Shown: positions 10,462 through 23,000 of the stretch, in pieces
Layout of the letters: the number at the start of each line of letters is the position of its first letter
Numbering within the stretch: position 1 is the first letter of the stretch
Assembly (NCBI GenBank): GCA_002269645.1
Contig: NIVC01001066.1
Location: 186,001 to 250,000, forward strand
Direction: 5' to 3'
DNA from: Macrostomum lignano
Taxonomy: Eukaryota
Length of the DNA stretch: 64,000 nt
Program-made: the position numbers and the translations under genes
Notes under the pieces: generated by a model
What the model was told of the DNA's origin: nothing
Seen by the model: the letters and a program-made list of their open reading frames with translations, nothing else
The model's database searches: none

Positions 10462-13400
10462 TCAGATCAGTTGAACCCAGCTTGTAGGCGGAGGCGGCGG
10501 CCGTTCTATAGCTGACCGGCTCTGCACGAGGCGCAGCTCTCGCACTGCCCAGGGCGACTGCTGCTGCTGGCAGCCGCTGGGCTGCGGACCGCCGGAGCCG
10601 CAGCTGCCGCAGTTGCGGCGGACCTGAGTTGGTGCATAGATTGGCACATGGCTACGCACTTGGAGGTGAACACCAGATTCACTCTCTGTTGGCACTGACA
10701 GGCAGATGTCACTCACTCCAGCTACTGACACAGATGTCACTCTCTCCAGCTACTGACATTCAGATGTCACTCTCTTCAGCTACTGACATTCAGATGTCAC
10801 TCTCTTCAGCTACTGACACACAGATGTCACTCACTCCAGCTACTGACACAGATGTCACTCTCTCCAGCTACTGACATTCAGATGTCACTCTCTCCAGCTA
10901 CTGACACACAGATGCCACTTTCTCCAGCTACTGACACACAGATGTCACTCACTCCAGCTACTGACAAACAGAAGTCACTCTCTTCAGCTACTGACACACA
11001 GATGTCACTCTCTTCAGCTACTGACACACAGATGTCACTCTCTTCAGCTACTGACAAACAGAAGTCACTCTCTCCAGCTACTGACAAACAGAAGTCACTC
11101 TCTTCAGCTACTGACACACAGATGTCACTCTCTTCAGCTACTGACAAACAGAAGTCACTCTCTTCAGCTACTGACAAACAGATGTCACTCTCTCCAGCTA
11201 CTGACAAACAGAAGTCACTCTCTTCAGCTACTGACAAACAGAAGTCACTCTCTTCAGCCACTGACACACAGATGTCACTCTCTCCAGCTACTGACAAACA
11301 GATGTCACTCTCTTCAGCCACTGACACACAGATGTCACTCTCTTCAGCTACTGACAAACAGAAGTCACTCTCTTCAGCCACTGACACACAGATGTCACTC
11401 TCTCCAGCCACTGAGACACAGATGTCACTCTCTGTTGGTACTGACAGGCAGATGTCACTCTCTCCAGCTACTGACAGACAGATGTCACTCTCTCCAGCTA
11501 CTGACACACAGATGTCACTCTCTCCAGCCACTGAGACACAGATGTCAGTCGTAAACCCGCGGACTCACCTTAATGTAGTCAACGGTAGCCAGCAGCACAG
11601 TGTACACAGTAGATATGACTCTCTCCAGCACCAGCTTGGGATTATCCGGCAGCTTATGATTCCAAGCTAGCAACAGCGCAGTGAACAGATCCCCGGTGCC
11701 AACGAATGACTCGGCGAGGCGAGGCATCTGGTAGCGCAGCCGCTGTACACTACCCTCACCGCTTCCGCGAGCCACGGCCAGACCGTGCAGAATGCCGTTA
11801 GCGTCGCCAAAGTCTGTACTGGTCAGACAGACGAATTTCAAATTCGCGTGAGAACGCATCAGGGTGTCGATGGCCGCCAGAGCGGAAGGCTCGTCTGTGA
11901 CGGGCAAACCGGACAGTTGTCTGCATTGGCGGGGTGGCGAAAGAAATTAGAAAAAATTGAAAAACTTCAAAAATGTGAAGTTCACTACTCATGTGAAGTA
12001 GTAAAAATTTAATTGTATTGCTTCTTTCGTTAACTGTTTTAAATTTCCATACAGAATTGTCATTTTAATATACTCTTGCCTTAAAGGCATACAAGCTAAC
12101 GTCTTACCTGCAGCGCTAAGGTCTCAACTTTGGCGCTAAGATCTCATCTGCGGCGCTAAGATTTCATCTTTAATGCTAAGATCCCATCTTAAATGCTAAG
12201 ATCTCACCGTTGGCGCTAAGATCTCATCTGCGGCGCTAAGATTTCATCTTTAATGCTAAGATCCCATCTTAAATGCTAAGATCTCACCGTTGGCGCTAAG
12301 ATCTCATCTGCGGCGCTAAGATCCCATCTTTAATGCTAAGATCTCACCGTTGGCGCTAAGATCTCATCTTTGGTGCTAAGATCTCACCTGCGGCGCTAAG
12401 ATCTCATCTGCGGCGCTAAGATCTCACCCAGTTAACACTAATTGCTTCCAAAGCTGCATAGCAAGCGAACAAGTTTAACAAAATTAATCTTACTGCAATT
12501 CGAATTGGTTCGGCGTTAGAAAATCGGCCACTTCCAAGGCCTCTTTAAAGGCTGGCACTAGTTCCTCTGGCACGTACTGCAATGTTTATGATAAACAAAT
12601 CACATGCGCATTAATATAACAGGGCCACAGGGGGTCCACAAGATCGAATATTCACAAGATCGAATATTCACAAGATCGAATATTCACAAGATCGAATATT
12701 CACAATATCGAATATTCACAAGATCGAATATTCACAAGTTCGAATATTCACAAGCTCGAATATTCACAAACTCGAAACTTCACAAGCTCGAATCTTCACA
12801 AGATCGAATATTCATAAGCTCGAATCTTCACAAACTCAAAACTTCACAAGCTTTAATCTCCACAAGCTGGAATCTTCACAAGCTTTAAACCTCGCAGGCT
12901 AAAACCTTACTAAAGTAAGGCTAAGCCTAAGCCTAAGGTTTAAGCTTTAAACCTTACAATTTCACGAATTTTCGAACTACTAGTAAATTTTAGAAGCTTA
13001 TGAAGTTGACTGTCTACAACCATGTGAAATTTCGCGTTTGTAAAAATTACCCTAATAACTAAACAGGAACTAGTAAAAACAAAAAACTAAAAATAAGAGT
13101 TTAGTAGCGCCATTCGCTTACAAACTTGCCATTGTCGCCGAGCACAGGGTCGCAAACTGAAACGGCATTAAACTAATCATCATTTATTACTACTTAATAA
13201 GTAGCTTAGCATAATTTTCTTTTATTAAATGTAGAGACCCATCTTACAGTACAGCAGCTTTGGATTTTTCTTCTTCTGGTGTCGAACAATTTCCAGAATT
13301 TCTTTAAGCAGATCAGCCGAGAAACAGAAGCCTGGAGTGGAGAAATTCGTACACAAAAAATAATGCATCCCTAAATCGCAACATGCATGAAACTAATGGA

Positions 13401-13821
13401 AACCTGGGGTTTCCTACCTGTCAGCACATAGCTGTAATTATCAATGCTGTTCTCAGCCAGAGCACTGTACAACTCCTTCAGCTGGTCTGTGGACAGTCGG
13501 TCTCCTTTGAACACTGGATAAGCTATAAAATAATAGAAATTTAATCAAGGATTTGGTGGCAAAACAAATTGCAGCATGACTAAAGCAAGCTTACCTGTGT
13601 GGTTAGAGAATTGCACAGTATTGATAAAGTCCACATCAAAGCCTAAAACCTAACAAATGGCCAAAATGCTTAAATTAACTAATTAATAAGGCACAAATAA
13701 GAACTCATACAACTAAAAAACAAACTAATAAAAAGCTTACTTGCAAAGGGAAAATTGCACTTCGATTGCCAGCAAAACCATGAACAACATGACTTTGAAT
13801 AGAGAGCACTCGAGCATCCAT
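10462..13821 (-). CDS. pdxk: Pyridoxal kinase, 8 exons: 13821-13741, 13649-13595, 13522-13418, 13331-13248, 13156-13122, 12576-12494, 11920-11569, 10623-10462 (318 aa)
   Basis: Spliced translation [47 protein letters not shown]/...[17 protein letters not shown]...TPNQFEL/...[15 protein letters not shown]/...ELRLVQSR. All introns are GT-AG with matching phases; 957 nt total. Confidence 0.95.
10679..11547 (+). repeat. 30-bp tandem repeat (CAGATGTCACTCTCTTCAGCTACTGACACA)n filling pdxk intron 7
   Basis: Visible units; lies between donor 11568 and acceptor 10624. Confidence 0.93.
12110..12430 (+). repeat. ~20-bp minisatellite (GCGCTAAGATCTCATCTGCG) in pdxk intron 6
   Basis: Visible tandem units. 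Confidence 0.88.
12636..12890 (+). repeat. 16-bp minisatellite (TTCACAAGATCGAATA) in pdxk intron 5
   Basis: Visible tandem units decaying toward the 3' end. Confidence 0.88.
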
Positions 13822-16800
13822 TGTAATTAATTGGCTTTCTTATAGTGACTGTTTACAGTTTGCATGCATAGAAAGAATTTAATTATTTACATATATATAA
13901 ATTCAAATGGGCATGATAAATATATATTGCTTAATACATATTAAGCAATACATATTAAATACAGAGTATACATATTAAATACATAAAGTACTTAATTATG
14001 TATTTAGAATTTTAGTATTTGAATAAAAATATTAACCTTAAAGAAAACATTGACTTTATAGTTTATTCTGACCTATAAAGTAATTATTTTTATATAGGCC
14101 TAAATATTCTTTAGAATTTTAGTTTCTAAACTTTAAAGGGGTTATTGAAGCTAATTAAATGTAACAGGGGTATTTCTTCTGTCTTTATGAATGATCCCAC
14201 CGCTGTTACCAAAGTTGTAACAGTGCTCTTTGTTCTCTCTTTTATAAATCCTACTGATGTCACCAAAGTTGTAACAGGGCTTTACTTTTATCTCTATTAA
14301 TTTCTTAATGCTGGTAGCTGCTACTAAGACTATTCTATTATAAATTTATTATCCTAGAATAATCTGAGAAATGTTTCTTAGAATCAGTCTGAGTATATAT
14401 CTGAGTATTTGTCTAAGTTTTTAATCTAAACATAAGTCTGAGTACTTGGTCTGTGAATTATACTTAGAATACTATTTAGCCCTTACAAGTATTATTCTTC
14501 TGTTATTTTGGTAGCATTTACTGTTATTCTAGCCTAAGTGGTATATTAGTCTACTGGTATATATACTTCATGTATTTCTAATCCTAGGCATTACTAAGAT
14601 CAAAGGGTCACAGCCTCCATAGTTTTCTATATATTGCTAGGATCTACTTTGTCTCCTAACTACTTCTATTTTTTAGGAGTATATACTATATATGCTCTCT
14701 GCCATTTCACTTCTCTTTTGCAAGTTAATAACTTAGAAAACAGCTACTTGGAACACTTTTCAATTTCCTTACTATATTATATTGCTTGAACTGCAGGAGG
14801 AAAGTTGGTCTTCTAGCACCAAAATTTGCTTCTATTTATAATATATTTTTGTATCATTTTAAACAAATAATTAAATTGTCAAAACATTTTAGAAAAAGCA
14901 TACAGTATAACAAAAAGGTGTTTTTCTTAGATTTGCATGGATTTGAAAGTAATAGGCCTAGTTTTATAGAATAATTGTGTAATAAGAAAGAGGCCTACCT
15001 CTTAAATAATATTAATAATATAGATAGGCCTAGGCCTATCATAAACTTTTTATAAACCCAAAAATAATATTCAAGATTAGATCATTTGTAATTAAACTAA
15101 TGTTAGAGCTTGCTAGATAAGACCTTGGTTGAAAATTATTTAACACTGCTTTTGTATATGCAAAAGTATAAGTAAAAGTAATTTAAAAGCATATTGATAT
15201 AGATAGGCTATATAAGAAACAAGATGAAGACTTGGGTTACGATTTGGATCCCTAGGCCTAGCCTAGTTTAGATGGGATCTTGGGATTTTATGCCTAGGAC
15301 TAGGATTGTGATCCTATCCATTATTCTACCCTAGGCTACCTCACAATGACACCAGAGACCAGAGCAGTAAAGAGTAGAGAATAGGCCTAAATGGACAAAT
15401 AAAATTAAAGCTATTTATTTAAAATACCAGCTTAGATGATCTATAGATGTGTTTAAAATTTTAAATTTCAGTAAGCACTAGGCCTGAAGGCCTATAATCT
15501 AATAGCGTTCATATCAATATAGTCGTATCAAATCATATAGTATATGATATAATACAATGACAGGTCGATGTGCCATATCATCATAGGCCCTATATGGAGG
15601 GAGATAGCCAGATAAGTCCCGTCCCTAAAGCAGTAAAGCTTAGCTAGGGGCTACGGGAGGGCCGCAGGGGCCTAGTTTATCCATAATTTATATGGATAAA
15701 TTATAATTTTCTTTTAATTATATAAAATTATGATTAATAAATTCTAAATTCATAATTTAATTATGATTGAAAGATAATTAATTCTTTTAATTAATTATCT
15801 TTTAATCATAATTTATTTTCTTTTTTATGGTACAAGAAAATATAAGACATTTTCTTGTCTTATATTTTTTATTCTTGCAAGAAATGTAGTCTTGCAAACA
15901 GCTATATACTCTAGTCTGCTATGAATGGATACAATATTATTAAACAAGAAGAAATTAAAAAAATTATGGCATAAACTTTCCATTCGTCAACTAGGCTAGG
16001 CCTATGTTGACTGTTAGTGTACTGTTCTATGTGTTCTAGGTGTTAGTGTTAGACTGTTAGTGTGTTAGGGACTTGGGGTCAGGGATGGGCCTAGTTCTGA
16101 ATTCTGGGGCATCCCATCCCGACGCCACCCCGGCAACGACAGGTACATGTAGAAACGTAAAACGTAATCATTATAAATGTATAGATTTGGATTTTGTTAG
16201 TTGTGTAGTTGTGTGAGACTATTCAATATAATTGCTGCGCGCGCAAACTGTTATTTTCAAAGAAAACAGTTTGAAAAGTTAAAGCAGTGCAACTCGATGC
16301 ACTTATACGCTCGTAAAATCCTGAGGTGTAATTAACAGACTTTAATCGTAAAGCCAAATGTGGGCGATATCTGATTAAGGGCTTTTAATTAAAAAATGAG
16401 GAATAAGCAGAATAAATTTTGTTAAAGAGGCCTAGTCGACTCCGAAGTGATTTCATTCCTGAGCGAGCCAGATTTTTTTGAGCATGGTGTTTTATTTATT
16501 ATATCGGTATTATCGTTTGAAGCTAGCTAGTTCTTTATCATGACGTACATAACTCAGGGACTTAACAAAACTTCAAAATGATCTTGCTGGTAAGCTTCGT
16601 GAAACAAACCACCTTCATAAGGCCACAGGCAATGCAAAACTTCATATTGAAATTTTCAATCGGCTTCCACAGGTTATAATATCGATTGTAATTATTAAAT
16701 ATGTTATTTTTATAATTTTATTCATGTTTTCGTGAATTAGTAAACTTGCAATAATATTTCAAGGCTCTAAAAATAACAGATACCTATTGCATATGTACAT

Positions 16801-17703
16801 GCTAGAAGATATAATGCCATCTTCATATCGATTTCAAGAGTGCCTTCGACTCGATTTGTCAAGGTATACTCCCTATCGTACAGCTCTGGGGGCATAACGC
16901 TGGCTTCTGCGTTCTGCCATAATGGCGATCGATGTACCACAACGGGTCGGTATTAGTGCAGACCCCTTTTCCTACCAAACGACAACAGCTTCTGCTGCGA
17001 CGATGCATGTGGTACTGTATCACCGCGCCTGCTTGATTGGTCTAAGCCACCTTGTCTAAGCCAGCTGGTAGTCAAATGTTTTAGAATAATGTGTTGCGGG
17101 GGTGGGCCCCTCTCTTTGACGATGTCTATAATCTCGATGTTTCTGTTGAATTAAATAAGTCGGAGGTTCGATTTGTTTCTCTCGATCTCTAACCTTCAAC
17201 AAGATGTTTATTACTAATCAATGTAGCAGCAATTCCTAATAGGATATTGATCACGCAATTACGCAAATTTGTTAAGCAATTCAGTGAAAATGGAGCCACA
17301 GGCTACTTATCGATATTGTTGCACGAATTTACGTTTGTCCGGATTTATCTCTGTTAGATCAGGATATTAGAGTTCAGGCCCGATTGTTGGGGCAAGCTAG
17401 TGGAGCAGTTTAGGAAGCAAAGAGGCGGAGAACCGAGTGCGGCGAGAGGGCGAGGCGCGAGGCGCGAGGCGCAAAGGGGACGAGAGCGGACAAGGGCGGA
17501 CGAAGGCGGAGATTGGCTTCATTCTCACTGAACGCTAGTATATATATGATTTCTATAACGCATTTCATTGGTGTTCGCTTCACTCAATCAGATCTTTACT
17601 GCCGCACAAGCATGTGCTGTGCTTTCCTGATAGGAAAACCTTCTGAAGGTTGCATTAGACTAAAAAATAACATTGGGCATAACATGCTTAAATTAAGATC
17701 ACT

Positions 17704-19893
17704 TCAGTAGGCCACATCATCCGCGCCCACAATGCCCACAAACGGGATGCTGCTGACGTTGCAGGCACCCTTACCGGCGAAGATAAGCACGCACTCGGCA
17801 TTTCCTGACTGTCTGCAAGACCTGCTGAGCTTTGGGGTGCGCTCTGCTTGACGGTGCTCTGGTTTTAAGACGTACTGACAGCGAATTTTGTTGTTGTTCT
17901 TGTCATTGAATGCTACGAGCTCGTAAAATGCACATTGTTGCTGTCGCTGTTTTGCTATTGATCGAATGTACTCGTTTGTGTACTCGTAGAAAAACATCCT
18001 GGGTCGATGGCATATACATGTACACATGATGGATCAGTATGAATACATGTACGAAGCTACATATGTGTTATCGAACGTACTGCATGTACGCTCGTAAAAG
18101 ACAGTAAAAAAATCTCGCAGGAAAGTTAGGGATTATACTTTAATAATTATTAATTATATTTTACACATCTATTTTTTATTATAGTAGAAACTGGCAGAAA
18201 ACATATGCGCACTCGTCCATGCAATAGGAAAGCATGCATTAGTTTATTGTTGTCTTCGGCATTCTGCGTTATACAGCTGTTAAGATGCCACTTAACAGTT
18301 TTGGACACTACTGATTGCCCTGCGGCCTGCTCTGCTGAACCGCTTCGTCAATGCGATAGGCTTGACGACTTTTCCATAGAGCGTCTGGCAGCGTGGTCCC
18401 GTTCATGTACTCCATGGTGCGCTGAGATGAGCACTGTTGAACCCGGTGCAGCGGGCCGCAGGTGCTGCAGTAATAACGCTTGCACTGCATCCCGCTCGAC
18501 GTAGTGTAGAACAGGCTCTTTGGCGGTCCGTAGAATTCCAGCTGCGCTGTAGAGAAAGTACGTTTCTTGCGTTGGTGCTCCAGTCAGCGATTTAACCACT
18601 AGGCCGTTCCAATTGGTAGCTATCCCGGAATACTCCTGACCATTCGGAGAGCTACCACTGAAAGACCTTCCAGTTGGTTGCTATCCCTCCTACTGACCAT
18701 TCGGAGAGCTACCACTGAAAGACAGCGACAGTTGGTTGCTACTATCCCTCCTCCTGACCATTCGGAGAGCTACCACTGAAAGACCTTCCAGTTGGTAGCT
18801 ATCCCTCCTCCTGGTCCGAGAGCTACCACTGAAAGATCTTCCAGTTGGTTGCTATCCCTCCTCCTGACCATTCGGAGAGCTACCACTGAAAGACCTTCCA
18901 GTTGGTAGCTATCCATTCCTCTTGACCATTCGGAGAGCTACCACTGAAAGACCTTCCAGTTGGTAGCTATCCCTCCTCCTGACCATTCGGAGAGCTACCA
19001 CTGAAAGACCTTCCAGTTGGTAGCTATCCCTCCTCCTGGTCCGAGAGCTACCACTGAAAGATCTTCCAGTTGGTTGCTATCCCTCCTCCTGACCATTCGG
19101 AGAGCTACCACTGAAAGACCTTCCAGTTGGTAGCTATCCCTCCTCCTGGTCCGAGAGCTACCACTGAAAGATCTTCCAGTTGGTTGCTATCCCTCCTCCT
19201 GACCATTCGGAGAGCTACCACTGAAAGACCTTCCAGTTGGTAGCTATCCCTCCTCCTGACCATTCGGAGAGCTACCACTGAAAGATCTTCCAGTTGGTTG
19301 CTATCCCTCCTCCTGACCATTCGGAGAGCTACCACTGAAAGACCTTCCAGTTGGTAGCTATCCCTCCTCCTGGTCCGAGAGCTACCACTGAAAGACCTTC
19401 CAGTTGGTAGCTATCCATTCCTCCTGACCATTCGGAGAGCTACCACTGAAAGACCTTCCAGTTGGTAGCTATCCCTCCTCCTGACCATTCGGAGAGCTAC
19501 CACTGAAAGACCTTCCAGTTGGTAGCTATCCATTCCTCTTGACCATTCGGAGAGCTACCACTGAAAGACCTTCCAGTTGGTAGCTATCCCTCCTCCTGAC
19601 CATTCGGAGAGCTACCACTGAAAGACCTTCCAGTTGGTAGCTATCCATTCCTCTTGACCATTCGGAGAGCTACCACTGAAAGACCTTCCAGTTGGTAGCT
19701 ATCCCTTCCTCTTGACCATTCCTCTTGAGAGCGAAAACTCCAGAAAACTCCCAAAAACCAAAGACCGATAGATGTACTAGCTATCGTACGTCTTTTATCT
19801 TATGAGTTAAAATCTCAATCAAATCGAAAGCTACTCACGGTCCTCAACGAATCCAGTGTACGGCTCCGTATCTCTACCAGTCTTCTTGGCCAT
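17704..19893 (-). CDS. Unidentified spliced gene: exons 19893-19839, 18546-18312, 17998-17704 (or to donor 17775)
   Basis: MAKKTGRDTEPYTGFVED|PQLEFYGPPKSLFYTTSSGMQCKRYYCSTCGPLHRVQQC...GNQ|MFFYEYTNEY... Phases 1 and 2 match; donor GTGAGT and acceptor TTTCTCTACAG are good, the second donor (GTAGTG) is weak. No family recognised. Confidence 0.45.
18603..19730 (+). repeat. ~57-bp tandem repeat (CTACCACTGAAAGACCTTCCAGTTGGTAGCTATCCCTCCTCCTGACCATTCGGAGAG)n
   Basis: About 19-20 visible units; intronic in the model above. Confidence 0.95.
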
Positions 19894-20014
19894 TATGCAC
19901 GTAAAATTAACACAAGCTATCAATAAAATTCAATTATTAATTTGACTGTATAAATTCTCCCGCTGTAAAATATATAGGAATACGCTCAGTTTAAAACGGC
20001 GCCAACTGGCTTGA

Positions 20015-20027
20015 GTTGCTAAGCAAC
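20015..20027. promoter_or_regulatory. RFX X-box-like palindrome GTTGCTAAGCAAC
   Basis: Matches the GTT(G/A)C(C/T)..(G)(G)CAAC consensus; 122 bp upstream of the minus-strand ATG at 19893. Confidence 0.5.
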
Positions 20028-23000
20028 TTAGCCGCCAACCATGCCCCCCGGGGTAAGAAGTTTTGGTGAGAAGCTGTCGATAAAAATACACGTGGGCGTG
20101 TACTCTGGCCCAGCAGCTACAATGTACATCTGGTCAGCTATTCTCAGTGGGCCACCTGCCATTGTGCTCCTTTTCTCTCAAACTGGAACAGTTGAACCCT
20201 AAGGCATTTCTAGTCAATGTATATGCACTCCACTATAAGTAATGATGATTGTGCTACTATGAGTAGCAGTCAAGAATATGAGCCCTGGATGACACACGTA
20301 GTAGCTCGTAAATACAAGAAATTTAACCCCCTTGAGAAGTTGAGAAATGTATTTAGATAAGTTGAAAAGACTAATTATGATTCATCGGCTAAAGCTACAT
20401 GTAAGTCTGTCGAGCCTAGTTCTAGAAGCTACACAAGCGGATCACACCGAAGACAGTCAAAACTTGATACTAGTGAGATCGCCGAAAGACTCATAGAGTT
20501 CGACGGCGACGCCGCGCGGTGCTCAACAATCATTAGAGATTACTCGTAATTCAGGTCTAAACTGGTTGAGCCAAGCGTCCGCCAGACTCGCCTAGCTAAT
20601 CAGCTTGTTGGCTTTTTTGTCCAAAAGAAGTCAACAACCCAACCCCTAGGATCTTGCGGGACACCTGCTTCTGCTCGGCAGTGCCTGATCCCTCCTAGAA
20701 GAAGCGGAATGCTTGGTTGGAGGACAGCGGTGAAGCCCCCATGGCTAGAGGCAGAGTCAGAGGGATAGCAGCTCAGACAAGCCACATCCGGAACGAACTG
20801 CTTTTGTAGTCCCTAACAGAGGCTACTTGGAAGTACCACCGTAACTGTTAAACATACTGTGAGTTGCGCCACTTTGCATGCCACCAGCCCGCATATTTGT
20901 GTAGACGCAGAAATTCAAAGCTACGGATGGGACTATGGATAGACAGTGTAGAGAATTCAAGTATATATTGGTCTACCGTTTTGCTCGATTGCATTGCTCA
21001 GTGACTCTTGGTTCAACTCTGGTCTATATTACAGTGTCCTTAGTGCTAAAAAGGGCTGAGATTCTTTGAGAATAAGCTTAGGAAGGTAGGCGGCACAGCG
21101 GCAGGATGCAAGTCCAATCGCTGCTGTTATTGTTGGTGCTCTGCGTCGGAGCAGCCACTTTTGCTGCCGGTGCCAGCGTGAAAGCACCCGAATTGAGTAA
21201 GTACAACCTAAATATGATTATATTTGGTGATTAGTCCAAAAATATCCAATCTTAATAACCAAGTTACTGTATGTACATGTGACCAATAACTGAAGCCAAC
21301 GGATGCAAATCGATCGAGTAAATCGGGACCGGGTTTTCTTTGCATTGCTTCGCTGCATAATCTGCATACACCATCGCAAACACAATTATACCAAATGCTC
21401 ATGTGACCTATTCAGTAGTCTGTTTAAGTAGTATCATTCTTGTTAAAAATCATTCGCTTCCATGCAAGATGGATTGAAGAACCAACTTGTCAATTAAAGA
21501 GTTTGTTCAGGGTTCAGTTCATCGGTAGTTGTCAATTCAAATGCTTTTTTTATACGAACTATAGTGTGCTCGAACCATCGGCTTGATTTGCAGAATCTTC
21601 ACAGTCGCAGGCGTGCATCATCAACAAACGAAAAATCATGGAGGCTGCCCGCAGGTACTACAAAGCGCAATACGACACGAAACTGCTCCTCTTGAAGCTG
21701 CAGCTTCGTCGCCAGCAGCTGGCGGAGAAGAGAACCCCGCACCAGCGCAGAATTCGACGCCGAATTTCGAGATTTAAGCGCCGTGTGCAAAAGGTGAGGA
21801 AGTTGTTTAAAAGGAAGCTCAGGAAAGTTACGAAGAGGTATCAGCGAAAGGTTATGCGAAAGCTGAAGGTGAAGCCTCTGTCGAATCGAAGGATTCGCTT
21901 AGTGCAGAAGGCCTTCTTCAGAAAAGGTATCATCTCAAAGAAGGCGGAGAGAATCGCTAGAAAACCAATCAGGCTAAGGCCGTTCATTCAAGGAAAGACC
22001 ATCTGCAAGTCCCAAAGACTAAGACGAGACCTGAGACGGCTGAGGTCTCCTTGAGTCGACCGAATAACCAGACGAATTTTGAGGAAATATCAAAGGAAAG
22101 TGAGAAGAGAGATGGACAGAAGATTGAGACAGCAGAAGAGAAAGACCCGGCGTTACGTAGTTACTCAGGTTGACCGTCAACTCCGTAGACTGATAATTCA
22201 CAAGTGCTGCAGGGGTCGTGGAAGACGTCATGTACTACGGCGCAAAATCAAAGCGCTTGTGAGACACTTCCAAAGTCGGGTAGGCAATGTTCGGCGCGGA
22301 AGAAGCCGTAAAATTGTCCGCAGCTTGATTCGGCGTTATCGAAAACCTCTACGAAGAAGGCTGAGAAGGATTCTACGCCAAGTAAAGCACCGGAGTGGCA
22401 GTAGGAGAGGTAGACAGTACAACAGACAGATTAGACGAATTGTTAGGCGAATTTTGAAAAGCCGACGACCGGTTCTCAGACTTCTAAGAAGGCGTACTAG
22501 ATACCAATCCAGAAGGCGCATTAGGCCCGTAACAACCAGCAAGCGTTGGCGACTGCACCGTCGAAGAGTGCTGAGACAGCGAAGGCAACTCATCAAGAAG
22601 AAAAACCGGATCTGTGGGTATACAAAATCTGGTCGACCGTCGAAACGGGGCAAAAAATCAGGCAATTTTCTAAGTTGAGGGTGGAAAAGCAGACAAGACG
22701 CAAGCTAATAAGACGATTTGAAAAAATTAGTAGACGTCGTCGTCCAGAAGTAAAAAGGCGTCTCAGTCGAAGGCGACGAACAAAAGTAAATCGACGCCGA
22801 GCACAACGGAAGAGCCGGAGAGTCAGCCGTACAAGAGTGATTAAAAAAGTTCAGCGCCTGGTTGTCAAAGCCAAGAGAGCACTACTCATCAGTTTGAAGC
22901 AGAGGCGCACTGTTCGACGCATTCGAAGGCGTAGACGTTCTCTGAGACGCCGTTTGAGGAGGATCATCTCGAAGAGGCGCCGGTTGAAACGACGAATTAC

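Noticed and set aside
10852-11670. 272-aa Ser/Thr-rich ORF resembling a mucin or antifreeze protein
   Set aside because: Translation of the 30-bp repeat lying wholly in pdxk intron 7.
13830-16100. AT-rich region upstream of pdxk and 61.5-64 kb AT-rich region
   Set aside because: No coding exons or structured repeats I could support beyond those listed; likely intronic or intergenic.
16810-16860. IDFKSAFDSI, resembling a LINE RT motif
   Set aside because: Only ~10 residues; flanking frames do not continue the domain convincingly.
18348-18599. 83-aa ORF suggesting the 57-bp repeat is coding
   Set aside because: A different frame with a good acceptor at 18547 joins exon 1 in phase; repeat units have stops or shift frame.
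18603-19730. Regular repeats resembling a CRISPR array
   Set aside because: No unique spacers, no cas genes, eukaryotic context; the same holds for all other arrays here.
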